NCBI GenBank assembly: GCA_026981935.1
Contig: JALSIC010000026.1
Coordinates: 65-64,064, forward strand
Direction: 5' to 3'
Source: Gammaproteobacteria bacterium
GTDB taxonomy: Bacteria > Pseudomonadota > Gammaproteobacteria > SZUA-140
DNA length: 64,000 nucleotides
Below, piece after piece: positions 56,801 to 64,000 of the stretch. Numbering within the stretch: position 1 is the stretch's first letter; the number at the start of each line of letters is the position of its first letter. The position numbers were made by a program, and so were the translations under genes. The notes under the pieces are model-generated. The model was not told the origin of the DNA and ran no database searches. It saw only the letters and a program-made list of their open reading frames with translations.

Positions 56801-57898
56801 TTACTTCTTGGGAGCCGCCTTTTTCACTGCTGTCTTTTTTTTGGGCGCTGCCTTTTTCTTGACCGTCTTCTTTACACTGGCCTTCTTCGAAGCGACTTTC
56901 TTCGTGGAAGCCTGCTTCTTGGGCGTGGTCTTCTTGGTCACAGCCCCCTTCACCCGTGTCTTTTTGACGGCAGACGCCTTTTTCGCGGCGGCCTGCCTTG
57001 TGCTCGCGGCCTTCCTGGCGGCTGTCTTTTTCGTCACCGTTTTTTTCGTGCTCGCGGCCTTTTTGGCCGACCTGGATTTTGGCCCGGATTTTGACTGGGA
57101 TTTTGACTGGGATTTTGATTGGGATTTCGATCTGGCCGCCTGTTTTTCCGCGCCGGCTGCGGTGCCCGGCGCGGCCTTCTTCTTGCCCGCCGCCTTTTTC
57201 ATGGCGCCGATGGCCCGTGCGGCGGCGGAAGGTGCGGTCGTCTCCTCTGCCAGTGTCTCTTCCACGACCTTGCTGATGGCCGCGAACACGTCCTCGATCT
57301 CTCCCAGGCCCTGCACTGTCCGCAGCTTGCCCTGTTTGCGGTAATAATCGATGAGCGGTGCCGTCTGGTTTTCATAGACACGCAAGCGGTTGCCGATGGT
57401 CTCCTCGTTGTCGTCTGCGCGGTGACGCAGATTGCCGCCGCAGACATCACAGCGGTCCTCGAGCTTGGGAGGCGAGGAATAGATATTGTACATCTGGCCA
57501 CAGGACTCGCAGGTCCGCCGACCCGTCATGCGCTGCATGAGGATGTCCAGGTCGATGTCGATGAGCACCGCGAGCTGCAGGGGTTTGCCCAGATTCTCCA
57601 GCATGGCGTCCAGCGCCTCCGCCTGCGCCAGGTTGCGGGGAAATCCGTCGAGAATGAATCCCTTGCGCGCATCCGGATGAGACAGGCGCTCGCGGATCAT
57701 GGCCAGCACGATATCATCCGACACCAGCCTGCCCTCGTCCATGGCGGCCTTGGCCTGGAGGCCCAGGGGGGTCCCTGCCCTGACCGCGGCACGCAACAGA
57801 TCTCCCGTTGAGACCTGGGGGACATGGTACTTCCTGGTCAGTAATTTGGCCTGCGTCCCCTTCCCGGAGCCGGGTGCCCCCAGCAATACGATTCTCAT
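56801..57898 (-). CDS. adk: Adenylate kinase (Cys4 zinc-type LID) fused to a roughly 150-aa Lys/Ala-rich histone-H1-like tail
   Basis: GAPGSGKGTQ, GDLLR, LDGFPR, CESC..CDVC, RADD; tail KKAAGKKK..KKAAPKK. Confidence 0.95.
   Translation of the reverse strand: MRIVLLGAPGSGKGTQAKLLTRKYHVPQVSTGDLLRAAVRAGTPLGLQAKAAMDEGRLVSDDIVLAMIRERLSHPDARKGFILDGFPRNLAQAEALDAMLENLGKPLQLAVLIDIDLDILMQRMTGRRTCESCGQMYNIYSSPPKLEDRCDVCGGNLRHRADDNEETIGNRLRVYENQTAPLIDYYRKQGKLRTVQGLGEIEDVFAAISKVVEETLAEETTAPSAAARAIGAMKKAAGKKKAAPGTAAGAEKQAARSKSQSKSQSKSQSKSGPKSRSAKKAASTKKTVTKKTAARKAASTRQAAAKKASAVKKTRVKGAVTKKTTPKKQASTKKVASKKASVKKTVKKKAAPKKKTAVKKAAPKK
57074..57130. repeat. In-frame 12-bp tandem repeat (SKSQ) in the adk tail
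   Basis: ggattttggccc ggattttgactg ggattttgactg ggattttgattg ggatttcga. Confidence 0.85.
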
Positions 57899-58142
57899 CT
57901 CGGCGTCACTCCGTTTCGTGGTTTCTCGTTGTCTCGTTTTTCATTTTTCTCATTCTGGACAAGCCATTAACGAATCGCCCACAGCCTTCCTCACGATCGC
58001 CTCACATCGGGCGGGGCATGCCTGATCTTGATTTTATGGCGGTTATACCGTTTTTTGGCGCCCATGGAAAGCGCATTTTGCTGAGTCCGGCCGGCCTGCC
58101 GTGTTACTGTATGGCCTGCCAGCAACACAAAGGGAGGATGCC

Positions 58143-59402
58143 ATGACAAGAAAAAATGCCTTCTACGCCCAGTCGGGCGGTGTCACCGCGGTCATCAACG
58201 CCACGGCCTGCGGACTCATCGAGGCCGCCCGCCAGCACAGGGACAGAATCGGCAAGGTGTATGCCGGGCGCAACGGCATCATCGGCGCACTCACAGAGGA
58301 CCTCATCGACACCAGCCGCGAATCGGCCGCCGCCATCGCCGCCCTGCGTCACACGCCCGCCGGCGCCTTCGGCTCCTGCCGCTACAAGCTCAAGAGCCTC
58401 GAAGAGAACCGGCGGGAATACGAGCGCCTCATCGAAGTCTTCGAGGCACACAATATCGGCTATTTCTTCTACAATGGCGGGGGCGATTCCGCCGACACCT
58501 GCCTCAAGGTCTCTCAGCTCTCCGAACGCATGGGCTACCCCATTCAGGCCATTCACGTGCCCAAGACCGTGGACAACGACCTGCCCATCACCGACAACTG
58601 CCCCGGTTTCGGTTCCGTCGCCAAGTACATCGCCATCTCCACCCTGGAAGCGAGCCTCGACGTGGCCTCCATGGCCAAGACCTCCACCAAGGTCTTCGTC
58701 CTGGAAGTGATGGGACGCCATGCCGGCTGGATCGCCGCCGCCGGCGGCCTGGCAAGCAGCGAGGACATGGCACTGCCCATCGTCATTCTCTTTCCCGAAG
58801 TCACCTTCGACAGGGACAGGTTCCTGGCCAAGGTGGAACAGATGGTGGCAGATCACGGCTATTGCTCCGTGGTGGTCTCGGAGGGCGTGCGGGGCCCCGA
58901 CGGGCGGTTTCTTTCCGATCAGGGGCTGCGCGACGCCTTCGGCCACGCCCAGCTCGGTGGCGTGGCACCCGTGGTGGCCAGCATCATCAAGGAAAACCTG
59001 GGTTACAAATATCACTGGGGTGTGGCCGATTACCTGCAGCGGGCAGCCCGCCACATCGCCTCCAAGACCGACGTGGAGCAGGCCTACGCCATGGGCAAGG
59101 CGGCCGTCCAATTCGCCCTCAAGGGCCACAATGCCGTGATGCCCACCATCGAACGGCGCTCCAGCAAGCCCTACCGCTGGGGCGTGGGCATGGCGCCCCT
59201 GAAAAAGGTGGCCAACGTGGAAAAGATGATGCCCCGCAGCTTCATCACCCGCGACGGCTTCGGCATCACCAACAAGTGCCGCGAGTACCTGGCCCCCCTC
59301 ATCAAGGGAGAAGACTATCCACCCTATCGCAACGGCCTGCCGCGCTATGTGCGCCTGAAGAACATCGCCGTGCCCAGGAAACTGGAGGCGTTCGAAATCT
59401 GA
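58143..59402 (+). CDS. pfp: Pyrophosphate-dependent phosphofructokinase
   Basis: QSGG, GGGDS (Asp at the phosphoryl-donor position), PKTVDND, EVMGRH. Confidence 0.85.
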   Translation: MTRKNAFYAQSGGVTAVINATACGLIEAARQHRDRIGKVYAGRNGIIGALTEDLIDTSRESAAAIAALRHTPAGAFGSCRYKLKSLEENRREYERLIEVFEAHNIGYFFYNGGGDSADTCLKVSQLSERMGYPIQAIHVPKTVDNDLPITDNCPGFGSVAKYIAISTLEASLDVASMAKTSTKVFVLEVMGRHAGWIAAAGGLASSEDMALPIVILFPEVTFDRDRFLAKVEQMVADHGYCSVVVSEGVRGPDGRFLSDQGLRDAFGHAQLGGVAPVVASIIKENLGYKYHWGVADYLQRAARHIASKTDVEQAYAMGKAAVQFALKGHNAVMPTIERRSSKPYRWGVGMAPLKKVANVEKMMPRSFITRDGFGITNKCREYLAPLIKGEDYPPYRNGLPRYVRLKNIAVPRKLEAFEI

Positions 59403-59448
59403 GGACTGAGGACTGAGGACTGAGGACTGAGGACTGAGGACTGAGGAC
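59400..59448 (+). repeat. Perfect heptamer array (TGAGGAC)x7 starting in the pfp stop codon
   Basis: Read directly. Confidence 0.95.
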
Positions 59449-59555
59449 TTCAGGATTGTCGCGCCGGCTTTGCGGAAAGACAAGCCCAACCCCCGGTCCC
59501 AATCCTCGATCCAGCCTCTGACCTCGACCTCAGTCTTCCATGCTCTTCGCCGCAA

Positions 59556-61565
59556 TCAATCTCCCAGGAGGGGCGCGATCACCAGGCTGACGATGGCCAG
59601 GACATTGATGAGGATGTTCATGGAGGGTCCCGAGGTGTCCTTGAAGGGATCACCCACGGTATCGCCTACCACCGTGGCCTTGTGCACTTCGGACCCCTTG
59701 CCACCCAGGTTGCCCTTCTCCACATATTTCTTGGCATTGTCCCAGGCCCCGCCGGCATTGGCCATGGTCAGGGCCAGCAGCACACCGGCGACGAGCGCAC
59801 CGCCCAGCATGCCGCCCAGCGCCTCCGGCCCGATGCCGAAACCCACCACCACCGGCGCCGAGACCGCCAGCACGCCGGGGAGGATCATTTTCTTCAACGC
59901 GGCCTGGGTGGCGATGTCCACACAGCGGTCGCTGTCGGGCTTGGCGGTACCTTCCATGAGCCCTGGAATCTCCCTGAACTGACGCCGGATCTCCTTGATC
60001 ATGTCGAAGGCGGCATCGCCCACCGCCGTCATGGTGAGCGAGGCCACCAGGAAGGGGAAAATCCCCCCCAGGAAGAGGCCGATGAGCACCTCGGGACGCC
60101 CCAGTTCCAGGCTGAAATCCGTTGCGTGCATGGATACCTCCTGGACATAGGCGGTGATGATGGCCAGCGCCGCCAGGGCCGCAGCCCCGATGGCAAACCC
60201 CTTGCCGATGGCTGCCGTGGTATTGCCCAGCTCGTCCAGGGAATCCGTGATCTTGCGGGTGTCCTCGCCCAGTTCCCCCATTTCGGCGATGCCGCCGGCA
60301 TTGTCCGCCACCGGGCCATAGGCATCGATGGCCATGGTGATGCCCACCGTGGCCAGCATGCCCACGGCAGCCACGCCAACGCCGTAGAGACCGCACAGCT
60401 CGCTGGAAATATAGATGATGGCGGCAATGGTCAGCAGAGGCACCACCACGGAATTCATGCCCGTGGCGAAGCCTGAGATGATCACCGTGGCCGGTCCGGT
60501 CTCGCCCGACTTGGCGATATGCCGCACGGGCGGGCCTGCGGTGAAATATTCCGTGACCAGGCCGATGATGATGCCGCCCACGGATCCCACCAGCACAGCG
60601 CCCCAGGCCGAGCTGTCCACACCCACCATCTTGATGATGAGATAGGCCAGCAGGATAAACAGGACTGAGGCGCCGATGGTGCCGGTGCGAAGCGCCACCT
60701 CGGGTGACTTGTGAGAAGCGCGCCTGACCAGGTAGATGCCGGCAATGGAACAAAGCAGGCCGCCGGAGGCCAGCGCCAGGGGAAGGAACATGAGATCGGC
60801 GCGATCCCCCAGCTGCGCCAGGCGGTCCATGGCCATGGTGGATGCCATGGCGATGGTGGCGATCATGGCACCGCAGTAGGATTCGAAGATGTCGGAGCCC
60901 ATGCCGGCCACGTCGCCCACGTTGTCCCCCACGTTGTCGGCGATGACGCCGGGATTGCGGGGGTCGTCCTCGGGTATGCCGGCCTCCACCTTGCCCACCA
61001 GGTCGGCGCCCACATCGGCGCTCTTGGTATAGATACCGCCGCCGACACGGGAAAAGAGCGCCACGCTGGATGCCCCCATGCCGAAGCCGTGGATCACGGC
61101 GGCGGTCTCCGGATCGCCGCCGAAGATGAGATAGAGGAATCCCAGGCCGAGCAGGCCGAGGGATGCCAGTGCCAGGCCCATAATGGAGCCGCCGAAGAAG
61201 GCGACCGTGAGCGCCTCGGGGGCGCCCTTGTCGTGCGCTGCCACCGTGGTACGCACATTGGCCTGGGTGGCTGTATACATGCCGATATAACCGGCGCTGG
61301 CGGAGCTGATGGCGCCCACGAGGAAGGCGAACATGGTGGCGAATCCCAGCGACATCCACAACAGCACGGCCACCACGGCCACGAATATCCCCAGCATCTG
61401 GTACTCGCGCCGGATGAAGACCATGGCTCCCTGATGGATGGCCTCGGCGATCTCGGCGATCCGGCCCTCGCCACCGGGATACTGGCGTACCAGCTGATAG
61501 ACACGATAAGCCGCATACAGCCCCCCGGCGCCCAGCAGGGGGGGCAATAGATGAGAAATGCTCAT
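59556..61565 (-). CDS. hppA: Membrane-integral ion-translocating pyrophosphatase, K+-dependent, probably Na+-pumping
   Basis: [46 protein letters not shown]. Confidence 0.93.
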   Translation of the reverse strand: MSISHLLPPLLGAGGLYAAYRVYQLVRQYPGGEGRIAEIAEAIHQGAMVFIRREYQMLGIFVAVVAVLLWMSLGFATMFAFLVGAISSASAGYIGMYTATQANVRTTVAAHDKGAPEALTVAFFGGSIMGLALASLGLLGLGFLYLIFGGDPETAAVIHGFGMGASSVALFSRVGGGIYTKSADVGADLVGKVEAGIPEDDPRNPGVIADNVGDNVGDVAGMGSDIFESYCGAMIATIAMASTMAMDRLAQLGDRADLMFLPLALASGGLLCSIAGIYLVRRASHKSPEVALRTGTIGASVLFILLAYLIIKMVGVDSSAWGAVLVGSVGGIIIGLVTEYFTAGPPVRHIAKSGETGPATVIISGFATGMNSVVVPLLTIAAIIYISSELCGLYGVGVAAVGMLATVGITMAIDAYGPVADNAGGIAEMGELGEDTRKITDSLDELGNTTAAIGKGFAIGAAALAALAIITAYVQEVSMHATDFSLELGRPEVLIGLFLGGIFPFLVASLTMTAVGDAAFDMIKEIRRQFREIPGLMEGTAKPDSDRCVDIATQAALKKMILPGVLAVSAPVVVGFGIGPEALGGMLGGALVAGVLLALTMANAGGAWDNAKKYVEKGNLGGKGSEVHKATVVGDTVGDPFKDTSGPSMNILINVLAIVSLVIAPLLGD

Positions 61566-61797
61566 ATTTCCCCCTATCTTGATGGTCACAGACCGCGCAG
61601 GTCAGCCGACGTGAGACGGCACTTCGCCCGGCGCGACATCCAACCGGATTTATTTTTATCCTGGATTTATTCTTGGCATGACCAACGAAAAGCGGCAGCC
61701 AACCTGTCCAGAATATTAGAACGGCGCCGGCAAATCAACGCAGACCACGCCCCGCAGCGCTCGCACAACAGCTCATAACGCGGATTTTGTCCCATGA

Positions 61798-61810
61798 TAT
61801 CAACAGATTG
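61798..61810 (+). promoter_or_regulatory. IHF consensus site in the hppA/ppa divergent region
   Basis: TATCAACAGATTG matches WATCAANNNNTTR. Confidence 0.5.
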
Positions 61811-61994
61811 ACGAATGTATGCACGGGGGTAACAGGGGGAAACACGCCACCCTTTTGCCCTGTACAGTACATCCAAGGCGGGGTGCATCGACTCCGGCCT
61901 GTCTGTATAATGGCCGCCCTTTTTCCACACAGGCCTCCACGTCACGGGCAAGTCATTGCGTCCGTTTGAAATAAATTCAGAGGAACCGTCAGCC

Positions 61995-62543
61995 ATGAAT
62001 CTGGACAGAGTCACGCCGGGCGAGAAGGTGCCGGCAGAAGTCAACGTCATCATCGAAATCCCCGCCCACAGCGAACCGGTCAAATACGAAGTGGACAAAC
62101 GCACGGGCGCCATGTTCGTCGACCGGTTCATGACCACGGCCATGTACTATCCCTGCAATTACGGCTACATCCCCCACAGCCTGTCAGAGGACGGCGACCC
62201 GGTGGATGTCCTGGTCATCACCCCGGTACCCCTCATCAGCGGCTCCGTGATCTGCTGCCGTCCGGTGGACATGCTGGAGATGCGCGATGAGGCGGGCCAG
62301 GACGCCAAGATCCTGGCAGTCCCCACCGATGACCTGAGCAATCTCTACAGCCATGTCGAGAGCGCCAGCGACCTCTCACCCAACCTGCTGGGCCAGATCA
62401 CCCACTTCTTCGAGCACTACAAGGACCTGGAGCCCAACAAATGGGTACGCATCGAAGGCTGGAGCGGCGCGGAAAAGGCGCGCCAGGAGATCCTCGACAG
62501 CATCGAGCGTTACAACCGCTCGCCGGAGAAGCCTTTTTTCTGA
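61995..62543 (+). CDS. ppa: Soluble inorganic pyrophosphatase, family I
   Basis: EIP..KYE, DRF, YPCNYG, DGDPVD, FFEHYK. Confidence 0.97.
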   Translation: MNLDRVTPGEKVPAEVNVIIEIPAHSEPVKYEVDKRTGAMFVDRFMTTAMYYPCNYGYIPHSLSEDGDPVDVLVITPVPLISGSVICCRPVDMLEMRDEAGQDAKILAVPTDDLSNLYSHVESASDLSPNLLGQITHFFEHYKDLEPNKWVRIEGWSGAEKARQEILDSIERYNRSPEKPFF

Positions 62544-62569
62544 TGGCTTGCTGAACGGGCGACAGACCC

Positions 62570-63463
62570 ATGACGGGGCATCTCCCTCACGGCCACGAGG
62601 CCTCTTCCGGCCGCACCTTGTTGTGGGGACTGGGCATCACCGCGGGCTTCGCCGTGGTGGAGGCCATCGGCGGGTGGTGGTCGGGCTCGCTGGCCCTGCT
62701 GGGCGATGCCGCCCACATGATCTCCGACGCCACGGCCCTGGCGCTGGCGGCCTTCGCCGCCTGGGTGGCCCGCCAGCCACCCTCGGCCCGGCACTCCTAT
62801 GGGCTGGTGCGCGCCGAGGCCGTGGCGGCGCTGGTCAACGGGCTGTTCATGCTGGTGGTGGTGGGGGGCATCGCCTACCACGCCGTGGAACGCCTGCGCC
62901 ACCCCCACGAGGTGGCCGGCGGCGTGGTCATGGGCATCGCTGCGGTGGGCCTGGCGGTCAATCTCGTGGTGGCGAGAATCCTGCATCACGGCGAACAGAC
63001 CCTCAACACCCGCGCCGCCCTGTTGCACGTGCTGGGTGACCTGCTGGGCTCGGTCGCCGCCCTCATCGCAGGCGCCGTGATCTATTTCACCGGCTGGACC
63101 CCCATTGATCCCCTCCTGTCCCTGCTCATCTGCGTCCTGATCCTCGTCTCCAGCCTGCGCCTGCTGCGGGACGTGCTTCATGTCATCATGGAAGGCGTCC
63201 CCCCTTATCTGGACCTGCCGGCGGTGGGCCGGGCCATGGCCGGCGTCCCTGGCGTGCGCTCCGTGCACGACCTGCACATCTGGACCCTGTCCTCCGGCCT
63301 CGTGGCCCTCTCGGCCCACGTGGTTATCGACAGCATGGACCGGTGGGAGGCCGTGCTGGCGGCCCTGCGCGAGCTGCTGAAGGAACGTTACGGCATCGAG
63401 CACATCACCCTGCAGCCCGAAATCCAGGCGGCCGTGCCCATCACCCTGCGTCTCCGGGAATAA
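62570..63463 (+). CDS. Cation diffusion facilitator (CzcD/ZitB-like Zn/Co/Cd exporter)
   Basis: SLALLGDAAHMISD, HVLGD, DLHIW, HITLQPE. Confidence 0.92.
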   Translation: MTGHLPHGHEASSGRTLLWGLGITAGFAVVEAIGGWWSGSLALLGDAAHMISDATALALAAFAAWVARQPPSARHSYGLVRAEAVAALVNGLFMLVVVGGIAYHAVERLRHPHEVAGGVVMGIAAVGLAVNLVVARILHHGEQTLNTRAALLHVLGDLLGSVAALIAGAVIYFTGWTPIDPLLSLLICVLILVSSLRLLRDVLHVIMEGVPPYLDLPAVGRAMAGVPGVRSVHDLHIWTLSSGLVALSAHVVIDSMDRWEAVLAALRELLKERYGIEHITLQPEIQAAVPITLRLRE

Positions 63464-63503
63464 TTTCTGGGAATAATTTCTGGGAATAATTCCTGGGCAT
63501 AAT
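63456..63503. repeat. 13-bp tandem repeat GGGAATAATTTCT x3.5 overlapping the CDF stop codon
   Basis: Read directly. Confidence 0.9.
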
Positions 63504-63597
63504 CCCCCCGTTCCCCCAGCCGCTCCTTCGGCTTGCTTTGTCTCTGCCCGGCTTGTAGCATACGGCCTCCATTTGCCCGGTCCGGAGGAAAGACACC

Positions 63598-64000
63598 ATG
63601 TCCAAGCTGGTCAACCCCCATGGCGGCGAAACCCTCAAGCCCCTGCTGCTGGCAGGCGAGGCCCTGCAGGAAGAAGCGGCACGCGCCCGCAGCCTGCCCC
63701 GCATCCCCCTGAGTTCCCGGGAGGCCGGGGATCTCATCATGATGGGTATCGGCGGCTTCACACCCCTGGAGGGTTTCATGACCCGGGCCGACTGGGAAGG
63801 GGTGTGTGACGGCTTCAAGATGGCCAACGGCCTGTTCTGGCCCATCCCCATCACCCTTTCCACCGACAAGGCAACCGCCGACGGCATCCGGCCGGGCAGC
63901 GAGGTCGCGCTGGTGAATCCGGAGAACGGCGGCATCATGGCCACCATGCAGGTGACGGAGAAATACACCATCGACAAGGCGCACGAGTGCATGATGGTCT
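63598..64000 (+). CDS. sat: Sulfate adenylyltransferase (ATP sulfurylase), 5' part, runs off the window
   Basis: [37 protein letters not shown]-terminal domain; absent from the ORF track because it has no stop in the window. Confidence 0.92.
   Translation, partial: MSKLVNPHGGETLKPLLLAGEALQEEAARARSLPRIPLSSREAGDLIMMGIGGFTPLEGFMTRADWEGVCDGFKMANGLFWPIPITLSTDKATADGIRPGSEVALVNPENGGIMATMQVTEKYTIDKAHECMMV

Overview
A 64-kb, high-GC stretch of core chromosome from a gammaproteobacterium, probably a Chromatiales-like sulfur oxidiser (it ends in a sat gene and carries PPi-type PFK and a membrane pyrophosphatase). Recognisable blocks: yajL/yibQ/ctpA/envC/gpmI divergent from rhodanese-secB-gpsA-murU; a GCS2 ligase + M14 peptidase + GGDEF run; ygfB-pepP-ubiH-ubiI-nhaP divergent from TIGR02449-zapA-6S RNA-ygfA-EVE; ilvA/rpiA; a large FAD/Fe-S oxidoreductase; hemJ-priA-argS-SPOR; an MNT-HEPN toxin-antitoxin pair; speA and gdh; aidB-like/cfa/gor/yrdA; aroE, pit, hemB; and a pyrophosphate/adenylate cluster (adk, pfp, hppA, ppa, sat). 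I saw no prophage, IS, CRISPR, rRNA or tRNA. The most unusual signals are mostly non-coding: (1) a complete candidate sRNA transcription unit of about 95 nt with an AAN-rich core upstream of hemJ; (2) a DnaA-box/IHF cluster upstream of priA that looks DARS/datA-like; (3) NGAGGAC heptamer arrays placed sense-wise right after stop codons, twice coupled to the same hairpin; (4) many sequence-unrelated 11-14-bp tandem duplications at gene ends and inside ORFs; (5) an adenylate kinase fused to a roughly 150-aa histone-H1-like tail; and (6) about 300 bp of uninterpretable sequence where grxC normally sits. All calls come from reading the sequence only; no searches were run.
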